From the NCBI RefSeq assembly GCF_006345805.1, contig NW_021832528.1, positions 210,786 through 274,785 on the forward strand: DNA of 64,000 bases, written 5' to 3'. Position 1 is the stretch's first letter. Every line of letters begins with the position of its first letter. Source of the stretch: Octopus sinensis. Its lineage: Eukaryota. Below, in pieces: positions 1-12,399 of the stretch. The notes under the pieces are model-generated. The model did not search any database, was not told where the DNA came from, and saw nothing but the letters and a program-made list of their open reading frames with translations. The translations under genes were made by a program, and so were the position numbers.

Positions 1-1090
1 GGAAAATGTTGAAGAGATATTAAAAAACATACAAAATGATCTGAATTAAAAATAAAAAAGCTTATTAGTTAAGATTAAGTAAAGATTAATGAATTAATAA
101 AAAAATATTATACCAGACTAAAATTTCCATTGATTAGCTATTTATATCTGTAATTTAAAAGTTACCTAAAACTGGCCACATGGCCAAATGCATAAGCAAT
201 CTTTCATGTTACTGTAAAATTCTGCGGAAAGACAGACCATAAAATGAATGCTTAAATGCAACCCTCATTGGTTGCGGGGCATAAAAAGGAAACGTTTTTA
301 TTTTTAACATTCAGAGAATCAAATTTCAATAAAATGTATTATTAGAGATTAGTTAGATTTTAATTTATATAAACAGCTCTGTTCATGGCTGTCTTAAACA
401 GCCCTGTCAATTACAATGGAATGCAGCATTGCTAATTAACATGAGCCAAAATAATATTTGACGGGGTTTCTTATATTTCACGTATCTACGTGTATCGTTT
501 GTAGCTAAAAAAGTATAGTTTATTGTGCATTGGAGTCACCAGTTTTCTAACTCAGTTAAAGTTTGATAACTTAGTTTTGAAGATTGAGCTCTTCAACCTC
601 CTTGTAGTGAATCACTTGATGGCAATGATAAAAAACTCAAAGTGATTTTTTTCTTTTTAGTATGATTATGCGTTAACTTGAGTGGTCAGTTGATCGTGAA
701 TATAAAGTAAGGTGTCACAAACGGGGAATACAGAAAAGAAACGTGTATTCTAATATCAGAGCAGAATCAAACGTCACTGAGGTATGGAAAAATGTTGAAC
801 AAAAATATGGAATATAAAAACAGCTCATTTGTCAGAATTAACTAATGATTGACGGATTAATTGAAATATTGTAGCAGACTAAAACTATGATTGATTAGCT
901 TTTTACTTGTAATTTAATAGTAAGCAATTAATGGCCGCATGGCCATATGGATAGTAATCCATAAACTCAGGACTCATATCACAAAAACATATAAATGCGA
1001 CTCCAATAAAAAAGCGACCTTCAGTGGTTGCGAGGCATAAAAAGGAAAAGCCTATTTTTAACACCAAAAAATTAAATTGGCATGTAAAGT
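1..1090 (+). pseudogene. Tandem pair of diverged, decayed paralogous host gene copies of unknown function
   Basis: 1-300 and ~785-1090 share WKNVE, WPHG.M and PS.VA.HKKE blocks. There is a 27-nt gtaagg...tacag micro-intron near 707-733 and in-frame stops. Confidence 0.4.
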
Positions 1091-1549
1091 GTGCTGAAAC
1101 AATTGAATCCTATGTTTATTTTTCAAATAATATTTAGTTTTTAAAATTTTCGACCATTCGAGATTTTGAATTTCAGGTCAGTGAGAAAGTAAACAATCTG
1201 ACAAATCTCGTATCCTTCGTTTTGAAAAAAAAGGCTTGGAAAATAGTACTCTTCTGACAAAAACAAAGATATCGCTGTGAAAAAAGCGAGTTTCTTACAA
1301 AAAATCGAGTAGAAGGTCTTTGAATGACTTGTTTAAAGAAGAATGCTATCTTCGGCATACAAGTTGATGCACGCGAGGATTTCTTCTCGGCTGATTAAGG
1401 ATGTCTGAGATCCCCATTTTTAAAATAATAAAAATGACTGTACATTTTCTAACAAAAATTTTGGAATATTTTAAAATCGAAAATAATTTTATAAACACTT
1501 TTCATTCAAAAAATGACAAACAACAGAAAATTTATCAATAATGTGGTCT

Positions 1550-2030
1550 ATAACGTCCCCGGAGTCAGCTCAAAGACCTCTCGGAAAAAGTACTAACGTG
1601 ATAAGAGTAATTTACGCTGACAATATTGATCTCGTCTTTTTAGATCAGAACTCACTGGATAACTTATTAAAAGTGATCCTACTTTAAAACAATTAAAACT
1701 ACTTGTACAAATTTGCTGGCAGAAACAGATGAACAACGATAAACTCTACAGAACTACTCATACATCCAAAATTGCAAAAAAGTAATGTCCAGGAAATAGC
1801 TGCTCTTCAAACATGTCTTAAGAGCCTCGCAAATTACTCCTGGCAATCAGGCCACGGAATCTTACTTCTGCTTACCAAACAAAACAACATATCGGGGGCG
1901 ACAAAGAATAACATTTCCGACCACGCTCGACCATGAACTATTTTCTAAGTAAAAACTAAAAGAAAAAAACTGGAATCAGTAGATGATATGGACAATCTGA
2001 GAAATCTTCTATAAAACTGGGGAAAGAGGG
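1550..2030 (+). mobile_element. Decayed RTE-like LINE RT fragment
   Basis: Reads VIRVIYADNIDLVF, like the IVYADDVDFV motif of the element at 47.6-50.5 kb; many stops. Confidence 0.6.
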
Positions 2031-2039
2031 AACAACTGA

Positions 2040-2640
2040 TAGTGCTTATCCTGATTTCCATGGTAAAAGTGGAATTTTAATTGACTTCTGATTTCGCAAG
2101 AATTTTATTGAAAAAAATAAAGTGAGTGCAACCTGAAGGAAATCAGAAAGCAAAAATTAATAATTTTAGGAAATGCTTTAAAGATTTTTGTTAATAAATT
2201 GTAAGAATATATAAAAGTAGTTAAACATCCCTCTTAATACATAAAAAAGTCAAAGGCAAACTCTTAAAGACGACATTCTAACTTTACTCGATAAAGAAAC
2301 ATAATTCAGGCATTAATGATATCATTTATTTAATAAGCTTACAAATGTAAAGGAAAACCTAGACAGATTTCTAAAGCTAAGTGAAATAAGGAATTTTACA
2401 GCACAGGTTGACATTGTGTTTTCAAACACTTCCCCGAGTGTATTAAAAAGCAAATCAACATACACAAAACTTTTCCGAACTAAACAAATTAGAAGAAAAT
2501 TACATTTTTAGACGGTAAAGTTATAGCTAACTTGTAAACTTGTTGAACAATCTTACAAATCATCACTAAATACCATGATTGAGACTGCTTAAATTAAGAA
2601 GAGAGGATTGAACTGTATGTGTTTGTTGATTTAACATAGA
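2040..2640 (+). other. Candidate highly decayed rhabdovirus-like L fragment (FPDP to capping-domain start)
   Basis: Patchy peptides SAYPD...IDF*FR, NKL*E, HPS*YIKKVK, LVEQSYKSSL...KKRGLNC are collinear with VSV L RAFPDP..SFWRF, DKLVED, SPANLLKTEVK, LIVRSEVSSL...RRGSC. Several frame changes are needed. Confidence 0.4.
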
Positions 2641-2796
2641 AACGATTGTTTCCAAATTTCGAAGATTATCAGTCTCATAGAGACTATGAAGTTCTCACAT
2701 AAGCATTAAAACGGAAGAAAACATTTGCTAGGTAAAATCTAAACTATTTCGATTGTTGAAAATATGTTCTACTATAAGAATCAGAAACAGATAGAC

Positions 2797-2879
2797 GCAC
2801 AAGTGGCCGAGTGGTTAAGGCGGTAGCCTAGAAAGCTATTGGGATTCATCCCGCGCAGGTTCGAATCCTGCCTTGTGCG
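2797..2879 (+). tRNA. trnS: tRNA-Ser(AGA)
   Basis: Acceptor stem GCACAAG/CTTGTGC; D-loop TGGCCGAGTGGTTAAGG; anticodon arm GTAGC-CTAGAAA-GCTAT; long variable arm; T-loop GTTCGAATC; T-run terminator follows. Confidence 0.97.
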
Positions 2880-3637
2880 TTTTATTATTTCAATATTAAT
2901 TTTATTTTATTATTGCATTTTTAAAATTAATTTGCCTGCGACATGAGTGCCTTAAACATTCTGAAAAACATAAATGATGGCCATATCTCAGGTACCGTTA
3001 CTAAACACATTCATCTCCCACACTCTGCTGTGATCACCATTCCATTTTTATTATAAAACATATCCCATATTTTGGACAGCCTCGACTATCCATGTTCTCA
3101 AGATAACTTTGTTTGACGACTCGTTTTTCATATAAAAACAATTTGAGCTTCATCAAAAAAGCTCAATACTATCTATCCACAAGCAAGATATATAAGCTAA
3201 AAATTCGTTATCTTATTTTGTACTAAACAAATCATATTAAATCTATGCACATGATAAGAATCACCAATAGACAAGGCAATTGGAACTCAAAAAAATGGCA
3301 CGGAAAATAGTCCAACTGATACCCAGAGTATTCTGAGTTATGCAGAAATGAACGTAAGTTGAGATAAAACACAGACCTAACAAAAAATATTCAATAATAG
3401 ACAATGAATAAAACAAAAAAGCACAAATGGAATGTTGCCAGTACACTATAATAACCAAAAAAGTGTCAATCTAAAAACTAGTGACCCAGCTGTGCTTGAG
3501 AGTGTAGAAATTACTTGTCCCTTCTGAACCTTCATCACCCTTCTAATCACAACACCTACTTTGGACAGACAACTAAAATTGTGGAATCTTCCCTTACTAC
3601 TTATTCGTAATAATTATATATATAAGTAGAATTAAGA

Positions 3638-4677
3638 CTAAAAAGCAAAATCATCACAAAAAACTAAATAAATCCTTTTAGCCAACTCCGTGCCCAACCT
3701 CCTCTTACTTTCCAGGACTCCTGCCACCCTCCGAACCTACAATATTAACCCCCCAAACCTCGATAGCTGCCAATCTATCCACCGCATCAACCGCACTGCA
3801 CTCCCAACACAAATCCACGACTGATCTCACCGTCGGAAACTCCTCCATGATACACAACGACAAATCACGTGACACTCCTGGAATTTTCTCGAGGACCTTC
3901 CCCCAACTCTGACTCCATTTGTTCTCCACGGTCCCCCAATTGTTCGTATCGGATATATAGGCGCCAAAACAAGTTCGTAATTTTTCCATTTCTAACCTGG
4001 AAATTTGAGGATAAAATTGACACTTTTTTGGGGCTTCGGCTATTGATTTTGTGATTTGACGAGTCAAAGTTGCCGCGTCTTTTTGACCACTTGCAAAATA
4101 AATTGATAGAAAGTTCATTTTTAAAAGTAAAGTGTCTATTTTTTGCTACAAATAGGAAATGAATTTTACTTGATCTCTGTCAGTAATTGACTTTTTCTTA
4201 TCATTTCTAATTATTTATAATTATATTATATATACTTTATAACAATAATAATAATTTTAGAAGAATTAAATAGATATTTAAATTGTTCAATATGCATTTC
4301 GATCTCGTTGTTGTTATTTATAATATTACAAAAATCGGTCAAATTAAAATATAAAAGAACAAAATCCTCCAATTTATAACTCCATTTGAGATCCTAATAA
4401 GTATAATCAACATGACCAACCTTGTATGTTTGTCCACAGTCGAGGGGAGTCTTCCTTTGCCATTGAATGACTTTATGTGCTCCTGAATGAGAGAAATCTA
4501 TCATTTCTACTCCACAAATAAGCATTTCTTCCTTTATTAGAGCCCGCATTTCGCTTTCTATGTTTTCTGAGACCATTATTTGCATGTACTACATCAGTTC
4601 ATGTTTATTACCTTAAGGCACTTGGTTAAATCTAGTGATTTCTTTAGCTCGTTTATATATATCTTATTTGTAGACAT
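3638..4677 (-). CDS. EME1: Crossover junction endonuclease EME1-like, split by ~22-29 nt introns
   Basis: Spliced product MSTNKIY...TKCLK|YMQIMV...IQWQRK...ITKSIAEAPK|...WSQSWGKVLEKIPGVSRDLSLCIMEEFPT...LAAIE|VRRVAGVLESKRRLGTELAKRIY matches the EME1 ERCC4/HhH region. Introns are GT-AG, e.g. 4589-4611. Confidence 0.85.
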
Positions 4678-4945
4678 TGATGGTCCCACCTCGATCAAAA
4701 ATTTAAATATATTTATTTATTAATAATTTATAATACATCATTGAAAAATATATTATTTTAAATTAAAGTTAATATATAATTGATAATTGGGGAAAGAAAT
4801 TTGAACACGTAGTTTTCATTTTTTGCAAGATTTTCATGATTCTTTAGGCCAAATTTTAGAAAAAAATTCATTTAATAAAAATTTAAATATTAATAAAATA
4901 ATTAAAATATAATATTTTTTTAAATTATGTATAAAATAATTTTAA
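4678..4945. promoter_or_regulatory. Putative bidirectional promoter between EME1 and SLC35B2
   Basis: 268-bp very AT-rich spacer between divergent start codons at 4677 (-) and 4946 (+). Confidence 0.45.
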
Positions 4946-6308
4946 ATGGATAAATCCTTGTTGTCACTAGGACAACTTTGTGTAAAACTGGTGGAGTATT
5001 TATTGTTCTTATCTCCATTGCTAATAATCTCATATTTATCTAAAAAATATAATCTAAATAGTATAAAATGAAATATTAAAAATTCAGAAATTAAATTTTT
5101 TGGAAAATGTTTTAAATTCATAAATTCAGAATTTGAAAAGCCAATTCTCGCCGAGAAAATTGTGGATCAATATGACACACAAAGCCAACAAAAAAACTCA
5201 ATAAAACATTTTATTATCTGCAGTTTTGGATTAATAGTAAATTAATTAAATATTAATTAATTAATTAGACATCTTATTTAATTTGGGGACTCATGCAGGA
5301 GACAATAATGACTCACAACTACGAATTCTCAGGTCAACCACCAAAAAATATTTCTGATACAAAAAAGTTTGAAAACGTGCAATTTCTTGTTTTTATTAAC
5401 AAAATATTCCCATTTTTATTCGGGTCGATTTGTACAATCATTTTTGTGAACGAAGGGAAAGGAGGAGCCCAGCTGTATAAATATTCGCTCTGTTCTCTCT
5501 CCAATATTGTCAGCAGTTATGCACAGTACGAGGCCCTCAAATACCTCATCTTCCCCCTGCAGGCCTGCCTTTGAGGTTATGGCGTAGGTCTTGGCCAAGT
5601 CTTGCAAGATTATTCCTGTTATGATTGTCGGGGGTGTTATGAATGGAACTAAATATACGCGGGAAAATTATGTTGAAGCTGTGTTTTTTATTATTGGGGT
5701 TTATTGTTGTTTTTTGTTATTTATTTTTTTGTATATTTTTTAATTTTTTAGTTGGTTGTGTATTTTTTAAATACACGTATTCAAATTGGTGGCGGGAATT
5801 ATTTCTCTTTTGGTGGTTTAATTTTACTTTTTGTATATTTATTGTTTGATTCATTTACTTCTAATTGGCAGAAGAGAATATTCGACTCTACACAAGTCTC
5901 CCCCTTCCAAATGATGGTCCTCATTTCGTCTATTTATCTTTTATAGGCTGGAGTTAACTTTTTCTCTTGTTTACTAACATTTTTACAAATGTCAACAACT
6001 CTTGAACTCAGAGACTCGATATTGTTTCTGTACTCACACAAGACAATATTGAGCCATGTATTCATTCTGGCAGCCAGCGGATTGATAGGACAATTTTTTA
6101 TTTTTCAAACAATCAAAAAAGTGTGATTTATGGAAATATTGTATAGTTAGGACCGCGGACTTTTTCCATGATTGTTTCCGTCAGGCAGGTCATTTCGGTC
6201 CTGCTCTCCTGTGTCATATTTGATCATGAAATTAATGTGTGGTCAGTCCTTGGAATTGGGATTGTCTTTTCAACTTTATTTTGGAGTGTTTGTCGTAAAA
6301 AGAAATAA
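4946..6308 (+). CDS. SLC35B2: PAPS transporter 1 (SLC35B2, UAA family) with micro-introns
   Basis: Spliced motifs YLIWGLMQETIMT, FLVFINK, SLSNIVSSYAQYEALKY, FPLQ|VLAKSCKIIPVM, FDSFTSNWQ, GQFFIFQTIK|LGP, RQVISVLLSC. Ends with TAA at 6306-6308. Confidence 0.92.
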
Positions 6309-6719
6309 TTAATTTTTTTTGTTTTATTTAAAATTGTTTGTTAACTATTCACGACTTTTAGTGGTTTTTAATTTTTTGTCTTACGTACTCACTTTAAATA
6401 ATTTTTCGCGTATTCCTTTTATAAAACTAGGGAAAAAAAGTATTGAATTAGTAATATGGATGGCGTTGTTTATTAACGACTATTTTAATATTTCTGAAAT
6501 ACACGCCTGAATATCATTTTTCTAAACTGTAGATTTCCCCCTGTATATGTTTTACATTTTCATTGACAAATTTTATCTTATATCGGAAACCAGAGTTACA
6601 TCCAAGCATCGCTGATGTTCTGTCTGTGGTGAATGCAGTAGGATTGTGGCACAATATCCTATCATTAATAAGAATTGAAAATGTTTATTTTGTTTCAAAA
6701 AACAATTAACAGCATCAAT

Positions 6720-7445
6720 TGTGCCTGTCAACCCCACTCGGGCGATTGGCTTGACGCTTTGCCGATTTCCTCTGCTGGAATGTTGCTGGACGACGAATCT
6801 GTCCGCATCGGAATCTGTTTACGGCTTGGCATAGAGATTTGCCAGCCGCACCATTGCAGATGTGGACAACTCATTGACAGGAGAGGTTTACACCCTCTCT
6901 CTTGTCGCCTCAGTGCCGGCAGGATCCCCAGGCACGCCTCATTGAATGACGTTGTGAAGCGCGCGCTTAACGCCGCTGGATTTCCCTCGATGTTGGAACC
7001 GATAGGACTAGACCGTGGAGATGGAAAACGCCCTGACGGGTCGACCTTATTCCCGTTCAGGAAGGGAATGGCACTCGTGTGGGATGTTACCTGCGTAGAC
7101 TCATTTTCTCCTTCATCGTTGGTCGACTCCGCTTCTCGTCCTGGATCTGCATCTGGCCTTGCCGAATCTAGGAAAACTGCTAAATATGCCTCTTTGACCG
7201 ATACCTGCTGCTTCATTCCCCTGGCTTTCGAGACCAGTGGGATAATTGGACCCAAAGCCCTCAAACTCCTCTCAGAGATTGGTTCAATCATCTCGAGGAG
7301 GAGTCACGACAGTCGTGAAACGAGCTGGCTTTTTCAGCGGATATCGTTCGCGATATTACGTGGAAATTGCCTGTCCATCCGCTCGGCGACTCATCTAGTT
7401 TAGTTAACTTTTCTTCTCTAATTTTCTTGTTTCAAAAAAAAAATT
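6720..7445 (+). mobile_element. CRE-clade non-LTR retrotransposon, 5'-truncated 3' end (CCHC knuckle + RLE endonuclease) with poly(A) tail
   Basis: HSGDWLDALP...RLG...CRCG...GLHPLSC...RH..LND...EP.GL.RGDGKRPDG...WDVT...FQRISFAILRGN; A-run at 7434-7443. Confidence 0.9.
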
Positions 7446-7559
7446 AATTTATATTAACTATAAACTCGGTGAAGATTTTATCGTAATAATAATAATAATA
7501 ATCGTCTAAATAATAATAATCGTCTAGCCGATATTTGTGAAAACATCCTGGATCTTTGA

Positions 7560-7690
7560 CCATCCACTCTCTTTTTTGTTAGACGGTATTGTTGATCTCT
7601 GTGTGCTCAAAGGACTTTCGTGAGACCCAATGGCTGTTTCAGTATCTTTCATTAGAACTGCCTAGCGATTCTATCCGTTGAGCTGTATGA
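7560..7690 (+). mobile_element. Short CRE 3'-end remnant
   Basis: RETQWLFQYLS resembles RETSWLFQRIS of the 6.7-kb copy. Confidence 0.5.
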
Positions 7691-8199
7691 CCTTTTTTGT
7701 AATTTTATTCGTTTTATTTTGACAATATTAATTAAATTTAAAATATCCGACCTTTTGTGTTTAACGTAATGAATAAATGAAAAAATTCTCGCAATCGTAT
7801 GCGTTTTTTGCTTTTCCGATTCGATATAAAATCGTGTAAAAAATTTTTAATAATAGAAAATTAATGCTAGACTTGAATTAATCATTTATTTGCCAAACAA
7901 TATCTTTTTTGTCTTTAAAAAATCATTTAGTGTTCAGATAGTCTCGGAATGATTCGAAATTTGATAAAATAATACAAGATTCAGGAAAAAAATTCATGGT
8001 AGATATGGATGTTTTACACCGTTTTTAATTATAAATTGAAATCCATAGTCTAAATAATTATCATAATTTAGTATTACGAAAAAAGATTTCGGTCAAATGT
8101 TAAAAGGGACGGGAAGCCGACACAATCGAGAAAAAATTATAGCGTACTATCATTGTATTTCAGAATTTTATAAGAAATACTATACCATTTTCAGTTCAA

Positions 8200-8520
8200 T
8201 TTCGACAATAAAATGTTACTAAGTTCTTCTATAAGAAGAACTGATGGCGATCCTGTTTCTCCTCACTATTGCTTGAAACACTTTCTGGATGAGCCATCTC
8301 GTCTCCAGAGGATTGTGTGTTCTCCAGGTCTTGAGACGTCCAATACACTTGAGGAAGCACAACGACTTCTTCCCAATAGATCCCAGGGTTTCTACAGCAA
8401 CCGGTCGGAAAACGTAACGATCGGTGAGCTTATCATATTTCTTCTTGATGTCCTCTGCTTTATCCGCAGCTGTGCCAGCATTGCAGGCACTTTCCAACAT
8501 GTTTGTCTTGGACAATTTTT
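8200..8520 (-). mobile_element. CRE-clade 3'-end fragment
   Basis: AADKAEDIKKKYDKL..YVFRPVAVETLG...ETRWLIQKV..AIVRRN. Confidence 0.85.
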
Positions 8521-8845
8521 ATGATTATTTTGATTATACAATATTCAATTTTGACATTTTCTATATCAATTTTAACAATTCTACATTCAATTTTGACAAT
8601 GCGATAAACAATAGTGATATTTGTTGCATCAATTTAACACTACGATATTCAATTTTTAAATAGCAAACTAAATGAGATTAAATAAGATTTCTACTAATCC
8701 CACTTAGTTTGTGATTAATCCCATTTAGTACGAGAAATGTGATATTTTATTAGTAATTTAATTATGATTTGTATTGTTCTAGCACTTAATACAGCTCAAA
8801 AGGAATGTTCCCATGTTAATAAAAGTATTAGAAACAGATTAAATG

Positions 8846-9622
8846 TTAGTTATCCTTAAAATAGTCCCTACTGCCATCAGGGGTGGGTATGATTGTGGGT
8901 CTACCAGGTGTCCAATTGACGGGACATCCTTCACATTAGTACTCACCCAACCTTCTCCGTGCTTATCACTAATTGTATGGCCAGTAACAGTCTTAGTGTC
9001 TCATCCACTGATCTGCCTGTTGGCATGTCATTAATCGTGATCTGCCTCACAATGCCCTTTCCGTCAATTATAAACAGTCCTCTGAATTTGTCCTCAGTTC
9101 ACACAACCTGTAGGCGTCTCCGCTTTCTGACAGTACTCCATACGCCTTAGAGATGGACTGACTCCGGTCGGCCAATAATGGGATATTCATACGACCAAGC
9201 CCTCCAAGTTTTTTCTCACGTTTTGTCCTTTAATATTATTATTTTAATTATTAATAAATTATTTTTTAATTTTAAAATAATTTAGTATAATGTGGTGACC
9301 CAATTTTCTGAATTTTTAATAAATAGGACAGTTAAAATGCAACTCAGACCATTCTAAATGAACGTGCTCAGTGTCAGTTGAACAGGCAATAAGCTGACAA
9401 TTATTGTTTATAAACTCTTCTCTTCTGTCGTTAAATGCGATTATTTCTGTGGGACAGACATATGTGCTAGCTGTGGTTAATAAATAGTTACAAGTCTCTT
9501 GGATAGAAAAATAGAACGAGAAAATTCTTCAAAAATTGTTCGTTGTTTATCTGTTTGAAAGCACCGTCTACAACTGCAGTGCCCGCAAAGCTTGGAGCTG
9601 GTTTGCCTATCAATTGTGACAT
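8846..9622 (-). CDS. PRDX: Typical 2-Cys peroxiredoxin (Prx1/2 type), with an apparent 1-nt frameshift near 8970
   Basis: Spliced [12 protein letters not shown]...FFYPRDF|[11 protein letters not shown]...CSTD...HLEW|...[12 protein letters not shown]...YGVL...AYR|[30 protein letters not shown]..(fs)..DKHGE|GCPVNWTPG. Three micro-introns plus one ~120-nt intron. Confidence 0.92.
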
Positions 9623-11199
9623 ATTTCGGCATAAATTCTAAAATGTACATTCATATTTTAAACTTGAGTAATACCACGTAACAGCATCATGTTTCAAATT
9701 AATTTATTTAATTTAAATAAAAATAAAAATCTTAAAATATAAAAAATTAATTTCATACTAATTAAAAACACTTTAAATAATATATAAGAGTCAATGTAAT
9801 TATTTTAAGAAGCTGAGACTGTTTGGTGTTGCTCAAAAAGGGATGATTTCCAACCTTTGTGTTTTTATGAATTGAAATTGCCAATTTGTCGTTATTTTTT
9901 AGTTAATTTGTTTTTGAGACTCTTGTAGACAAATATCTCTTCAACTATGTCTGTTTCTGTAAGCACGATATTGTTGGTGCTCTTACTTATTGAAACCCTG
10001 TAAATTTTTTTCCGCGGAATCCCCATTTTACTGGTAAATACAAATTTTGTGATTCGCCATAACCAGAAAGTCTTTTAAAGACAATCTTTCCCATTGTTTT
10101 AGAGAAAGAAAAGTACAGATAGCGTCAAACATTATAGTCAGTGCTTGTATTATTATTATTATTATTTGTCAGTGCTTGTATCAAAAGTTCAGAGAACTTT
10201 GTAAACAATATCTGTGGGATGTAGTCAAAATTAGATATCCCAACCAGCAATTAGCTTTTCGATCTCTTCTTGTGTTATTGCCCCACATATTGGCCTCTCA
10301 ATAAATTACGAAGAGTAAGTTTCTTCACAATCCTGTCATAAGTTCTTTGTGAACGATAGATTCGATTTCTTTAATTTGACTGATTTGGTTCCTGACTGCA
10401 TCCGAGACATGATCAGAGCATATTTATTTTCAATCTGGTGATTTGAGTTAAATTTGAACTCTTTTAGCATCATCTAAAAATTTTGATTTTGCATTATCCA
10501 GTTTTTTGAATTTCAACTTTTATATACTTTCGACCTCAGCCTTGACCACATTTGCAATAATAGATTTGATCTTATTAATCTAAATTTTCAGGCTGCATTT
10601 AATCGACTCAACTCGACATTTGCGATTTTCCATAGTACTTTTGATCAGAGTATAAGTTTACAATTCAGTTGATGCTTGTTTTGAATTTCTTTTCAGCATA
10701 AACATTCAAAAAATTTATGATTAAGTGGTCGTCGAAATTGACGATATTATTTCTTAATTTCAGGAGATTCTCGCATACATGAAACTTCAGTTTATATTTA
10801 CGAGGAGTTAACTAATAAACAAGTTATTTCTATCTGCACGTGGTAAGAGTAATGTCCGCTTCCAACCTCGGTATGCAGCATAAGAACGCCAAAAATAGAA
10901 AGAGACCTATGCGATCAGGTCTGCATGATGATTCAGTTTTTTTCAAAGTAAAAACTGAAAAGTCAAGCTACTGGCTTTTCTTTATTAATTGGGAAATATA
11001 AATGTCCAAGATGTTAATGAAATTTTGATCCTGAAGAAAATTAAGTTATCTATGCATATTCAATTTCTTCCTGGAAGACTTCCTTTGTAGACAATAATAA
11101 TGACTTCCAAACTTTAAAATAACTTTTCAACATAAAATTAATTTTTAATTAATATTATTGAATATAATATTTTATCTAGGCTTTTGCTATGCCATGGTC

Positions 11200-11310
11200 T
11201 TAAGTTGGAGAGCCCAAGGAGAGGAGGTAGACTGGCTTTTCCTGCGGTTCTCGATCGCCATTATCCAGGGAAACAGTTTGGCGATCGTTAACATTAAAAA
11301 AAGTTTTTAA
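11200..11310 (+). mobile_element. CRE 3'-end micro-fragment
   Basis: EVDWLFLRFSIAIIQGNSLAI. Confidence 0.7.
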
Positions 11311-11329
11311 CAACACATGTTTGTAAAAA

Positions 11330-11640
11330 TATTTTACGTTGAGTATCATTTCTTGCCAACGAAGAAATATCAAACATTGTCTTAAGAAATTAGAGAATTT
11401 CAACTAGAATGAGACGAAAAGTTTTTTTTCGTTGAACAGTATGGTAAAGCAGTTTGTTTGATATGCAACTGTGTCATTAATTTATTGAAAAATTTTACTA
11501 TTGAACGTCATTATAAGAATCACTCCGAGATATACAATTTATATCTAAATCACTCAATCATAGGAGATTTGAAAAAATATTATTGGAAATTGACACAGTT
11601 CATCTTTATATGCTTTATCATATCACTGTTCGATGATTGA
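11330..11640 (+). mobile_element. hAT (Buster/Charlie-like) transposase N-terminal BED-finger remnant
   Basis: FFVEQYGKAVCLICN...KNFTIERHYKNH. Confidence 0.75.
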
Positions 11641-11729
11641 ATCGTTCCGCGTACCTTAAAAGGTATATTTGCTTTAATATAAGTTAGATTTTATGAACTA
11701 CTCCTCAAATAAAAGAATTTGTTAAATAC

Positions 11730-12060
11730 CATGATTTATTGAGCAGTAAAGAGCCCCTCTTATCAAAAACCTATCTATTGGTTAGGGCACGAGACAAATG
11801 CTCTAAGCCATTTGAAACAACATTGGGAACCCCTCAAAGCGGTTTGTTCTCTCTTATGCTGTTTGTTATATATCTAGAAGCTGCATTGAAAAAATTAAAA
11901 CAATACTATGAAGGAAAGTTCGGATAGGAGTATCAATTTGACATTCTCGGTTAAAACAAGACCAGGTTGCTCTGTTTCCTGGGAACATTACATTCATTTG
12001 ATACCTTTTCGGACACTGTTTTTCTTGAAAAATAATTCCAACAAATTGTAGAAAGCTATG
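11730..12060 (+). mobile_element. RTE-like LINE RT remnant
   Basis: GTPQSGLFSLMLFVIYLEAALK matches GTPQGDALSPLLFVIYLETALR of the 48-kb element. Confidence 0.75.
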
Positions 12061-12399
12061 CGCATCTTCTTCAGACAATCAATCAATTTTATTGTAACGA
12101 ACAAAGAGAAAATGACAGGAATTAAGGACGGATAATAGCACTAGAAAATTGCTAAGGCAATTAAACTCTTCAGAGGGTGCGTCCAATTCGTCTTCAGAGA
12201 GTGTTAGTCAACAGTGGTAGTTCATAATCTTTGAGTTTTGAATGAGTAGTTTTGATAATTAAATTATTTAAATCCGCATGGTACATATAAACACTTTGAT
12301 GAATTAATTAAAAAAATTTTCATCAATATAATACAACTCAATAAAAAGGCATGTAGCTAACCTAAGAGTACCAAGATTTTTTGATGATAAAAAACAACA

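Noticed and set aside
2940-3620. Possible gene between the tRNA and EME1 (65-aa hydrophobic minus ORF, or a plus-strand gene with a 21-nt intron and a WD-like DRQLKLWNL)
   Set aside because: No consistent spliced frame or family could be built on either strand.
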